Shown: one piece after another, positions 38,756 through 47,798 of the stretch | Position numbering within the stretch: the stretch's first letter is position 1 | How the letters are laid out: every line of letters starts with the position of its first letter | DNA from: Candidatus Woesearchaeota archaeon | Lineage (GTDB): Archaea; Nanobdellota; Nanobdellia; Woesearchaeales; DSVV01 | DNA: 64,000 bases | Assembly (NCBI GenBank): GCA_016219865.1 | Contig: JACRKF010000021.1 | Coordinates: 2,224 to 66,223, forward strand | Direction of reading: 5' to 3' | Translations under genes and position numbers: made by a program | The notes under the pieces: model-generated | Database searches by the model: none | Told to the model about the DNA's origin: nothing | Seen by the model: the letters and a program-made list of their open reading frames with translations, nothing else

Positions 38756-41455
38756 CTATTCTACTTGACTATTATTATTATTATTTAAATATTTCTTTAC
38801 TATCTTAACAATCTCTCCAAACCACAACACTGAAGATGAAACAACAATAATCATAACCCAATCTTTTATTGAAAGTGGCACAACACCAAATGCTTTGCTT
38901 AAAGGTGTATAAAGTAATAATAATTGCAAAGAGATTGATAATGCAATTGCTAACCAAAGCCATTTATTCTGAAATAATTTAGTTGTAAATAGTCTTTCTT
39001 CATATGCTTTCCAGTTAATTACATTAAACATTTGAAACATAACAAAAGTAGTAAATGCAACAGTCACTGCATACATATACACAGGATCAGTTCTTTCAAC
39101 TGAAGCAAAAAAGGACCAATTATTCTTAACTAGAATATATAAGAACAAAGCAAGTGTGCCAAGAGTCATAATAATGCCTGAGAAAAACATATAAGAAGCG
39201 CGGTTTAATGAAATAATATTCTCGGTTTTCTTACGTGGTTTTTGCTGCATTATATTTGGATTGCCTGGCTCAATCCCAAGAGATAACGCAGGAGGTCCAT
39301 CAACACTAAGATTGACCCATAATAATTGCAAAGGTAATATTGGCAATGGAAGAAGAAATATAATACTTACTACAATTAATATTATAGCGCCGATATTTGT
39401 TGATAATTGATAACTGATAAAACGTCTTATATTATTATAAATATTTCTTCCTTCTTCAACAGCATTGACAATTGTTGTAAAATTATCATCTACCAACACC
39501 ATGCTTGATGCCTCTTTACTTACATCTGTGCCTGTAATTCCCATTGCAATACCGATGTCTGCTTTTTTAAGAGCAGGAGCATCATTCACACCATCACCTG
39601 TAACTGCAACAACTTCGCCTTTCTTTTTCAATGCCTCGACAATTTGAAGTTTATGTTCTGGATTAACCCGCGCAAAAATAGAAATATTGTTTAACAACTC
39701 AGGAATGTTCTGAACAGATAATTTTTTCCCAGAGATTGAATCACTTTCTATCCCAACTTGTTTTGCTATGGCTTTTGCAGTTATCTCATCATCTCCTGTA
39801 ATCATAATTACTCTAATACCTGCAGAATTACATCGCGCAATTGCATCTTTTACTTCTTCACGAGGTGGATCAATCATTGCCTGCAGACCAAGAAAAGTAA
39901 GTGAAGTTTCTGTATCATTCTCAGTTATCTCATCTTTTGCATCTAATTCTTTATAGGCAAACGCAAGAACACGCATTGCATCTTTAGCAAATAGTTTATT
40001 TGCTTCAATTATCTTTTGTTTTTCTGAAGCTTTCAATGGTTTGATGAGATCATTTTTTTTTATATGCGTGCATAATTCAAGGAGAATATCAGAAGCTCCT
40101 TTAACAAAAGCAATCTTCTTCTTGCCAACATGATGGATAGTTGTCATCATTTTTCGTGTGCTATCAAAACCAATCTCAGCAACACGCTTATATTCATGAA
40201 CAAGAGATTGTTGCTGCAATCCTAATTTTCTAGCTGCAACAAGCAAGCATCCTTCAGTAGGATCACCGATAACTGTTACGATTCCATCTTTCATTTCAAG
40301 ATGCGAATCATTGTTTAATATCCCTGTTGTTAAAAGAAGTCTAATTTCTTCTGAAGGAACTTTTTTATTCTCAGATATAAATTCTCCAGCACTCTCATAA
40401 CCATCCCCAGTTACTTCAACAATCTTCCCATTGCAATATAATCTTTTAACAGTCATCTCATTCTTTGTTAATGTACCTGTTTTATCTGTGCAAATAACTG
40501 TTGTGCTTCCAAGAGTTTCAACACTTGCAAGTTTTCGCATCAATGCATTTTTTTTCAATAATCTCTGCGTGCCAAATGCTAATGATATTGTAACAACAAT
40601 TGGCAACCCTTCAGGAACTGCAGCTACACCTAACGCAATAGCTGTCATTAACATATTAAGAAACTCACCTGAAGTATAAAATCCTATTGCAAATATTAAA
40701 ACACAGAGGATTATTGTAGTTATGCCTAAGATTTTTCCAAATCGATTGATATTTTCTTGCAAAGGTGTTGATGGTGTTTCTTCTTCTGAGATAAGTTCTG
40801 CGATTCTTCCAATTTGTGTCTGCATTCCAGTTGCAGTTACAATTGCTTTACCTCTTCCTTTTGTTACAATTGTGCCTGAGAACACCATATTGCATTGATC
40901 CCCTAATCCAGAATCATCTTCGCAAAGAGCAAGATTTTTATGTACAGGCAATGATTCTCCTGTCAAAGAAGCTTCTTGCGTTTCAAGATTAACAACTTCA
41001 ATTAAACGAGCATCAGCTGGCACCTTATCACCTGTCTCCAAGAGAATAATATCACCAGGTAAAACATGAGAAACCATAATAATCTGTACTTTCCCATCCC
41101 GTAAAACTTTCGCTTGTAAACTTGCAAGTTTCTTTAATGCTTCAATTGATTGTTCTGCCTTATATTCCTGAATAAAACCAACAGTTGCATTAATTATAAG
41201 AATTCCAAGTATTACAAAAGCATCTATCATATGATTCATAAAAAAAGAAAGTATTGCTGCGCCAAAAAGAATATAAATCACAACATTCTTGAATTGCATC
41301 AAAAATAAGAAAAAAGGATTAACTTTTTTTTTAGCCTGCAATTCATTAAAACCATGTTTTTTTAGACGTGTTTCAACTTCTATAGCTGACAATCCATTGC
41401 CATCTGCTTGTAATTCTTTATACACATCCTCTATTTTCTGATTATAAAAGTACAT
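38756..41455 (-). CDS. P-type cation-transporting ATPase (type IIA, Ca2+-ATPase-like)
   Basis: DKTGTLT, TGD and VAVTGDGVNDAPALKKADIGIAMG motifs, with 10 transmembrane helices. Confidence 0.9.
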   Translation of the reverse strand: MYFYNQKIEDVYKELQADGNGLSAIEVETRLKKHGFNELQAKKKVNPFFLFLMQFKNVVIYILFGAAILSFFMNHMIDAFVILGILIINATVGFIQEYKAEQSIEALKKLASLQAKVLRDGKVQIIMVSHVLPGDIILLETGDKVPADARLIEVVNLETQEASLTGESLPVHKNLALCEDDSGLGDQCNMVFSGTIVTKGRGKAIVTATGMQTQIGRIAELISEEETPSTPLQENINRFGKILGITTIILCVLIFAIGFYTSGEFLNMLMTAIALGVAAVPEGLPIVVTISLAFGTQRLLKKNALMRKLASVETLGSTTVICTDKTGTLTKNEMTVKRLYCNGKIVEVTGDGYESAGEFISENKKVPSEEIRLLLTTGILNNDSHLEMKDGIVTVIGDPTEGCLLVAARKLGLQQQSLVHEYKRVAEIGFDSTRKMMTTIHHVGKKKIAFVKGASDILLELCTHIKKNDLIKPLKASEKQKIIEANKLFAKDAMRVLAFAYKELDAKDEITENDTETSLTFLGLQAMIDPPREEVKDAIARCNSAGIRVIMITGDDEITAKAIAKQVGIESDSISGKKLSVQNIPELLNNISIFARVNPEHKLQIVEALKKKGEVVAVTGDGVNDAPALKKADIGIAMGITGTDVSKEASSMVLVDDNFTTIVNAVEEGRNIYNNIRRFISYQLSTNIGAIILIVVSIIFLLPLPILPLQLLWVNLSVDGPPALSLGIEPGNPNIMQQKPRKKTENIISLNRASYMFFSGIIMTLGTLALFLYILVKNNWSFFASVERTDPVYMYAVTVAFTTFVMFQMFNVINWKAYEERLFTTKLFQNKWLWLAIALSISLQLLLLYTPLSKAFGVVPLSIKDWVMIIVVSSSVLWFGEIVKIVKKYLNNNNNSQVE

Positions 41456-41537
41456 ACTCGATAATTAATTAGAATTCATATAAAAAACTATCTTTTAGTA
41501 GTATGGAATAATATACTCTATAATTATCTTTCTACAA

Positions 41538-42224
41538 TTATCCTTTATTCACAGCTTCTGCAAATGCCTGCAATGCAGCTTCATATTGCTCAAAATAGGG
41601 TAATATCTTATCCAATCTTCGTTGCGCTTCTCTTATCTCTTGAACACTGCCAGATAATTGTTGAGGAGATAATGATTGCCTACTTGAAGTTTTGCTTTGC
41701 AGTTCATAGTGCAACTCAATTGACCAATAATTATATTTCACATCTCCTTTTCTTTCTTCTGCTGCAAGAAAATCCATAACAGAAGCTTTTGGTGCAGCAT
41801 ATACCAAAAGATTAGACAACTTATCACCAAGATCATCATTATCCCATATATATGCATATGATGTTTCAGGAGTTAATTGTATAGATAATTGAGAGAGTTG
41901 GCTCATAGGATCTGCAAGAGAAAATACAAATTCATCAAATATTTGAAAAATTGGTTTACCTTTAGTATAAATTATATCAGTTCCTACCTTCTCAAAGAAT
42001 GGAGCAACATTTTTTGAATCATTACCTTGATACAATGTTCTATTATCAAAACGCGCAAGAACATATGGATGTACTTCTGTTATATCTGACAATTTACAAA
42101 CCACATAAAGAAAATTATTTGCTGGATGTGGTTGGTATAAAAAAGTATTAGGTTGTTGTCCAGTCACTTCAGCAAGAATTATTTCAAGTATTTGAAGCGG
42201 TGTATTTGGTGTATTTTCAGACAT
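41538..42224 (-). CDS. hypothetical protein
   Basis: 228 aa, no motif. Confidence 0.45.
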   Translation of the reverse strand: MSENTPNTPLQILEIILAEVTGQQPNTFLYQPHPANNFLYVVCKLSDITEVHPYVLARFDNRTLYQGNDSKNVAPFFEKVGTDIIYTKGKPIFQIFDEFVFSLADPMSQLSQLSIQLTPETSYAYIWDNDDLGDKLSNLLVYAAPKASVMDFLAAEERKGDVKYNYWSIELHYELQSKTSSRQSLSPQQLSGSVQEIREAQRRLDKILPYFEQYEAALQAFAEAVNKG

Positions 42225-42259
42225 AAAGTGATTATGGTGAACTACTATTTAAAATTATT

Positions 42260-42406
42260 TATTCAGAGTATGTGTTTAGCACCCTAAGGTCGAAATTCAA
42301 TCGATTTCTCAACGAGAGCGTCGCGAGGGGATGCTCCATCCGGGAACGCAGCTCCTTAGGAAATCCCGTCGAGAATTTCGAAGGTGCTAAACACATACTA
42401 TTCAGA
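42260..42406. mobile_element. GC-rich 131-bp element with perfect 16-bp terminal inverted repeats flanked by an 8-bp direct repeat (tattcaga). MITE-like insertion, or alternatively a structured ncRNA
   Basis: The structure is tattcaga|gtatgtgtttagcacc...ggtgctaaacacatac|tattcaga. The core has nested complementary segments (tcgaaattc/gaatttcga, cgaggggat/atcccgtcg, ctaagg/ccttag) and is about 55% GC in an about 30% GC genome. Confidence 0.4.
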
Positions 42407-42530
42407 TAATATTCTCGAGTTTGTTTCACTCACTCAGAAAATAATACTCTTATACTTAAATTAATAAAGAACTTATATGCGCATAGGAAAAGACAAGATT
42501 TAAATTAACCTATTAAATAGTATTTTCTGT

Positions 42531-43769
42531 ATGAACGAAGTGAATACGAAAATACTTAAGATCAACAAAACACCCTGGCATTCATGGTGCACTGGAAAGA
42601 TTTCAAAAGGCTGCGCATATTGTGTGCAAGGAAGAAAGTTAGTGTTATTTATCACAGGATTATGCCCGCAAAGATGTTTTTATTGCCCTGTAGGAGAACA
42701 AAAGTTTGGCAATGATGTTGTATATGCTAATGAATGGAAATTAGAAGATCCGAACAATCCTGTTGAATTAATAAAAGAAGCAGAACTAACGCAAGCAAAA
42801 GGCGCTGGAATTACTGGCGGAGATCCATTGATGAATATTAAGAGATGCTGCAATTATATCCAATTATTAAAAAAAAAGTTTGGAAAAGAATTTCATATTC
42901 ATTTATACACGCCATTGAAATTAGTAACAAAAGAAAGATTACAAAAACTATCTGCTGCTGGACTTGATGAGATAAGGTTTCACCCTGATTTAGATGATAA
43001 TTCTTTATGGAACAGGATTAAAATTGCAAAAAAGTACAGATGGGAAATTGGTATAGAGATTCCAGCAATTCCCGGATATGAAAAAAAAACAATGAGACTG
43101 ATTGATTACATTATTTTTGCAGACTCCCTATTGCCCGAATTGCCTAATGAGGAGAATTTTGCATTTTTGCAAAATTCTCCAAACAAAGTATCATTCATCA
43201 ATCTTAATGAACTTGAACTTTCAGATACTGAAACAAAACATTATACATTGCCAACAAAAGGGTTTAAGGCAAAAGATAATATTAGTTATGGTGTAAAAGG
43301 AAGCAAAGAGATGGCAATAAAAATGCTGGAATATGCTAAAGAAAAAGGATTATCTGCGCATTTTTGCACTGCAAGACTAAAAGATGGTATACAAGTCAAG
43401 AAAAGATTACAAATTAGAGCAGAAAACATTAAATTACTATTTGATGAAAAAACAGAAGATGGAACATTACTGCGCTGCTGCATATACCTCCCAGAACTTG
43501 CGCCAGGAATGAATTATAGAGAAAAACTAAGAAACGCTGATAAAAATGATTTTATTGAAAAACTAACAGTTATTCGCAATAAATTATTAGAAACTTTAAC
43601 ATTAAGTGAAAAAGAAATAGTTATTGATTCAAACAAATGCAGATTAATCATTCCAAGAAGTGTTGCAAAACAATATGCAAATAAAATAAAGAAATATAAT
43701 TTACTTCCAGCATTAGTTGAAGAATATCCTACTCAAGATGGATTTGAGGTTGAGATTGAATTTTTGTAA
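42531..43769 (+). CDS. radical SAM domain protein
   Basis: The CPQRCFYC (Cx3Cx2C) motif is preceded by a CAYC motif. The gene contains an in-frame copy of the family A repeat at 43120-43180. Confidence 0.7.
   Translation: MNEVNTKILKINKTPWHSWCTGKISKGCAYCVQGRKLVLFITGLCPQRCFYCPVGEQKFGNDVVYANEWKLEDPNNPVELIKEAELTQAKGAGITGGDPLMNIKRCCNYIQLLKKKFGKEFHIHLYTPLKLVTKERLQKLSAAGLDEIRFHPDLDDNSLWNRIKIAKKYRWEIGIEIPAIPGYEKKTMRLIDYIIFADSLLPELPNEENFAFLQNSPNKVSFINLNELELSDTETKHYTLPTKGFKAKDNISYGVKGSKEMAIKMLEYAKEKGLSAHFCTARLKDGIQVKKRLQIRAENIKLLFDEKTEDGTLLRCCIYLPELAPGMNYREKLRNADKNDFIEKLTVIRNKLLETLTLSEKEIVIDSNKCRLIIPRSVAKQYANKIKKYNLLPALVEEYPTQDGFEVEIEFL
43120..43180. repeat. palindromic repeat, family A, copy inside a coding sequence (ggagaattttgca-tttt-tgcaaaattctcc, plus the conserved left flank cagactccctattgcccgaattgcctaatga)
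   Basis: It is read in frame as ...DSLLPELPNEENFAFLQNSPNK... within the radical SAM protein. Confidence 0.7.
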
Positions 43770-43793
43770 ATGTTTGTTATAAATCAGTAGATG

Positions 43794-44831
43794 CTAAGTT
43801 CTTAACATCTCTTGATGCACTATCCTTTCAGCAGCTTCGTACATTGTTTCACCTTCTAAACTTATTTGTCGAAGTCTTTTCTGAATAATCTCTTGAATTT
43901 TATTATTAGCATAATCAAAGCTCTTACCAATTACTTCACAAATAGCTAAAACTTGCGCGCCAATATTAACTACATAATCTGGCGCAAAAACAATTCCTCT
44001 CTCTTGCATTTGCTTGATAGACTGTAAACCATTAGCTAGAGGATTATTAGCTGCGCCAATAACCAAATAACAGTTTAATTTGCCAATGTTTTCTGCTGTT
44101 AAAACATCTCCGCAAGCATTAGGTGAGAATATATCACATTTGACAGTATAAATCTCTTCAGGACTTACAACTCTTGCATTATATTTATCCATAACATATT
44201 TCAATCTATCAGAATTAACATCAGTCACAATAACTTCTGCTCCTTCTTCAAATAATCTTCTAACCAAATCAGATCCAACACTTCCAACACCCTGAACAGC
44301 AATTATCTTATCTTTCAAACTATTAGTTCCATATTTTTGTTGACAAATTGTTTTCATAGCAACAATTACGCCATATGCAGTTGCAGCTCCTCCGTCACCT
44401 AATCTAGTAGATGAAAGTCCATCAACATATTGAGTTTGTTCTGCCATATATTCCAAATCATCAGGATATATATTCATATCACAGCCAGTTTGAAATCTGC
44501 CATTAAGAGATTGAACAAATCTCCCATAGCTTCTAAACATTTCACGAGTTTTTTGTATTACAGGATCTCCAATAATTACTCCTTTTGCTCCGCTATAACC
44601 TCCATTATCTTCATCACCTATTACAACACATTTTTTGGTCATAGCATTTGCTAATTTTATAGCATCTTTTATTCCTTCATCTGCAGAAGAGTAACTCTTC
44701 ATTCTAGTTCCACCATTACCTCTATTATGATAGATTGTATTAAGAGCAATAACAAAAGTACAACAAGAGCCAGCATCATATTGGATATGTAATTCATTAC
44801 AATTATTTTGTTTAAGCCAGTCTATTATCAT
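43794..44831 (-). CDS. NAD(P)-dependent amino-acid dehydrogenase-like protein (Glu/Leu/Phe/Val DH family-like)
   Basis: Rossmann motif IIAVQGVGSVGSDLVRRL. An upstream GG.K-like motif (YSGAKGVIIGD) is also present. Confidence 0.5.
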   Translation of the reverse strand: MIIDWLKQNNCNELHIQYDAGSCCTFVIALNTIYHNRGNGGTRMKSYSSADEGIKDAIKLANAMTKKCVVIGDEDNGGYSGAKGVIIGDPVIQKTREMFRSYGRFVQSLNGRFQTGCDMNIYPDDLEYMAEQTQYVDGLSSTRLGDGGAATAYGVIVAMKTICQQKYGTNSLKDKIIAVQGVGSVGSDLVRRLFEEGAEVIVTDVNSDRLKYVMDKYNARVVSPEEIYTVKCDIFSPNACGDVLTAENIGKLNCYLVIGAANNPLANGLQSIKQMQERGIVFAPDYVVNIGAQVLAICEVIGKSFDYANNKIQEIIQKRLRQISLEGETMYEAAERIVHQEMLRT

Positions 44832-45617
44832 TTAAATCACTCTCTCAGTTGTTATTGTTCCTCTTCGTTGCAGTTCCTTTTTTAGAGAAACATACCAGTC
44901 ATCTCCAAGAATATTGTATCTCTTACAAAGAGAATCAATTTCATTCTGCTTTTCAACAGTAGGATCCTTTAGCATCTCTAAGCATACTCTTGGCTCTAGG
45001 TTAGCCAATGGAACAATATATCCATCAACTCCTTTAGATTGATAACAAAGATGTTCCCATCCCTGAAATACAGAAACACCTAACCTAAAATCAACTAACT
45101 TCTTAGTAAAATCTGCTGAGCCACTAGCTTCCTTTATTCCGACAATATTTCCTAATTTGCAAATCCTTGCAATTGTTTCATATTCTATTGAATTTCCTGA
45201 AATTGCTTTTTCGTTATAGATAAATACAGAAACACCAACTTTTTTTATTAGTTGAAAATGTTGATAGATTTCATCCTGAGAGATATCTTTTTCAAATGGA
45301 GTAGTTACTACAACAGCGTCAACACCCAATATTTGCGCTTTTCTTGCTTTTTCTACAACTTTTTCTGTTGTTTTATACTCTACTCCTGCCAAAACAGACA
45401 TACCCAAAGAATGTTTAATAGTGAATCTGATCATGTCTTCCCATTGTTTATTATTTAATGCCCAGCCTTCTCCTGAACTTAATGTTGGCATTAATGCAGT
45501 AGAATATGGTCTAACAAAATCGACAAGATTTTTTACACTTTGTTCGCAGATATTTCCATTATAATCTACTGGAGTGACTAATGGGGGGATTATTCCTGAA
45601 TACATCTTCATTTTCAT
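44832..45617 (-). CDS. DapA/N-acetylneuraminate-lyase-family (class I aldolase) protein
   Basis: The N-terminal GIIPPLVTPVDYNGNI resembles the DHDPS/NAL family. Confidence 0.6.
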   Translation of the reverse strand: MKMKMYSGIIPPLVTPVDYNGNICEQSVKNLVDFVRPYSTALMPTLSSGEGWALNNKQWEDMIRFTIKHSLGMSVLAGVEYKTTEKVVEKARKAQILGVDAVVVTTPFEKDISQDEIYQHFQLIKKVGVSVFIYNEKAISGNSIEYETIARICKLGNIVGIKEASGSADFTKKLVDFRLGVSVFQGWEHLCYQSKGVDGYIVPLANLEPRVCLEMLKDPTVEKQNEIDSLCKRYNILGDDWYVSLKKELQRRGTITTERVI

Positions 45618-46588
45618 TCACCTCTTACTTCTTGTTCCCATTCTGTTTTACATTCGCAGCTTAATCTCTCTAATTCAGACAAATCCTGAGTTCCATTGAA
45701 TTTCTTTAGAGCTTCAACTACTTTTGAATTACAGTTGTTACAATTACTTGAAAATCTATTTCCTGATAAATCTTCATCAAACATGCCAACAAAAATAGAA
45801 TTTGGCTGATAATTTGCTAATTCAATAGTTCTTTTAATTATCTCAATTGTAGTCCACAATTTAGGCAATTGATATTCTCCTCTCAAATACTGCGCTTCAA
45901 GTTCAGTTCGTTCTGGAATAAACATTGGCTTGAATGCAACTCTTGCCTTAATTCCTCTCTCATTCGCAATTCTGTAAACATAATCAGCGGTTTGAACAGC
46001 ATCTTCTACTGCTTCAGCTTCTGTCAAAGTTGGAGATTTAATCATGACATAAGCCAAAAGCTGTGAATCCGTATTTCTGCAGATATCTGCAAATTTTTCA
46101 AATCCTTTCTTGCTTAAACCTTTTCTCAATACTTTATTTCTGATATTATCGTCTGCACTTTCAAGTCCAATTGCTAATTCAATTATCTGATCTCCCCTAA
46201 GATATCTTTTTGATTCTCTAACCTTTTCTTCAGTAAGATAATGAATTCTAGTTTCAACCATTACTGAATCAACTAGTAGTTTGCTTACTTCAGAAAACAA
46301 GTAATTTCTTGATTCTGGAGACAATTCCCTATCATTATAAAATGAACCTGCTGTAGGAAAATCTATCCTTCTTATATCTGAGAAATTTACTCCTGCTATG
46401 CCATTCTGATATTGTTTTTTAATATTTTGTAATTTAATATTTCTGCCAGCATTATTATCAAAACCGCACATAGTGCATAGGTTGTACTCGCAAGGAGGAG
46501 TCCTTAAGACAAGCATTAATCTATTTGTTTGCTCTCCATCCTGATAAAGTGCTGATATTGTTTTGTAAGCAATATAATCGTTTTTCAT
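45614..46588 (-). CDS. radical SAM-like protein (Cx4Cx2C), archaeal uncharacterised family
   Basis: PPCEYNLCTMCGF. The ORF-track start is GTG; ATG at 46588. 4-bp overlap with the downstream gene. Confidence 0.55.
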   Translation of the reverse strand: MKNDYIAYKTISALYQDGEQTNRLMLVLRTPPCEYNLCTMCGFDNNAGRNIKLQNIKKQYQNGIAGVNFSDIRRIDFPTAGSFYNDRELSPESRNYLFSEVSKLLVDSVMVETRIHYLTEEKVRESKRYLRGDQIIELAIGLESADDNIRNKVLRKGLSKKGFEKFADICRNTDSQLLAYVMIKSPTLTEAEAVEDAVQTADYVYRIANERGIKARVAFKPMFIPERTELEAQYLRGEYQLPKLWTTIEIIKRTIELANYQPNSIFVGMFDEDLSGNRFSSNCNNCNSKVVEALKKFNGTQDLSELERLSCECKTEWEQEVRGE

Positions 46589-46708
46589 TTTGTTCACGCC
46601 CTAATCAACTTATTATTATAGATAAGTAGTGACACAGCAGTTATATTAATCTTTGTCGTACTAGTATGGTACGAAATATTTAAATAATAGTTAATTTATA
46701 ATAAAGAA

Positions 46709-47467
46709 ATGGACACTGATATATTACGGAAAATAGGCTTAACTGAGAATGAGATTAAAATATATCTCAATTTACTCAAAACAGGTTTAAGTACAGCATA
46801 CGATATTGGCAAGAAAACTGGAATCTATCGAGTACACGTTTATGATAAACTTGAACAACTAATGGATAAAGGCTTAGTTACTCATGTATATAAGGGAGCT
46901 AAGAAATATTTCCAAGCCACCCATCCTAGTAAAATCAAACATTATCTTGAAGATCAAAAAAGAGTGTTAGAAGTGCAAGAGCAAGCAGTAGATTCTATTC
47001 TGCCTGAATTAGAGGCTATGACTAAAATTTCTAAAGAAGACACTTTTGTAGAAGTCTTTAAAGGAAATGAGGGATTAAAATATTTTCTTAAAGATATTAT
47101 TAAAACAAAAAAAGAAGTATTAATAACTGGAATTGATGATCAAAAATATCAAGAGGCGCTTCCCATATTTATGAAACAATATTTTCGAGATCTTCGCAAT
47201 AACAATATTAACGAGAGAGTTATAACTTTAAAGAAATTAGGTGTTTTCTTATTCGAGAAAGAACTAGCCCCAACTACGCATTATAGATTTTTAGAAGATA
47301 AACAATTTAATCCCACTAATACTTTTGTATATGGCAATAAAGTGGTTATTGTTGCATGGGGAACTCCTGTCATGGCTGTTATGATAAAAAATAAAACCAT
47401 TGCCAAAACGTACCAAAATCATTTTGAACATTTATGGAATGCCGCATCAAAAAAAGTAAAACTATGA
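46709..47467 (+). CDS. TrmB-family transcriptional regulator
   Basis: The N-terminal wHTH LTENEIKIYLNLLKTGLSTAYDIGKKTGIYRVHVYDKLEQLMDKGLV is typical of TrmB. Confidence 0.75.
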   Translation: MDTDILRKIGLTENEIKIYLNLLKTGLSTAYDIGKKTGIYRVHVYDKLEQLMDKGLVTHVYKGAKKYFQATHPSKIKHYLEDQKRVLEVQEQAVDSILPELEAMTKISKEDTFVEVFKGNEGLKYFLKDIIKTKKEVLITGIDDQKYQEALPIFMKQYFRDLRNNNINERVITLKKLGVFLFEKELAPTTHYRFLEDKQFNPTNTFVYGNKVVIVAWGTPVMAVMIKNKTIAKTYQNHFEHLWNAASKKVKL

Positions 47468-47468
47468 T

Positions 47469-47792
47469 TCACTGTTTAATCTGCTTAATATGCGTATTAA
47501 CAAAATACTCCAAACAATCAATCTCGCAAAATGAGCCTTTTCTCCTAAAATCATCAGGACCAAACATCAAAGTAAATGTTGATTCTTTTCCTTTCAGATC
47601 ATTGCCGCATACAGCGCAAAACTGTCTTTTTTGATTTTCAATTGTTTTAATTCTATCATCAATCATTTTCTGAAGAACTAATGCGCCATTTTTAAGATCA
47701 TGCTGCACTTTATACAAATCTTCATCTTCAATGCAAGTAATTGCCTCATTTATCTTCAACTTCATAAAATCCACCTCTTTTTTTAATTGCAA
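47469..47792 (-). CDS. hypothetical Zn-ribbon protein
   Basis: CAVCGN...CEIDC. 107 aa. Confidence 0.4.
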   Translation of the reverse strand: MQLKKEVDFMKLKINEAITCIEDEDLYKVQHDLKNGALVLQKMIDDRIKTIENQKRQFCAVCGNDLKGKESTFTLMFGPDDFRRKGSFCEIDCLEYFVNTHIKQIKQ

Positions 47793-47798
47793 AATCAG

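Noticed and set aside
42260-42406. Interpretation of the GC-rich element as a tRNA or as RNase P RNA
   Set aside because: There is no T-loop or anticodon-arm architecture on either strand, and the length is far below archaeal RNase P RNA. It was kept as an unclassified element (MITE or structured RNA).
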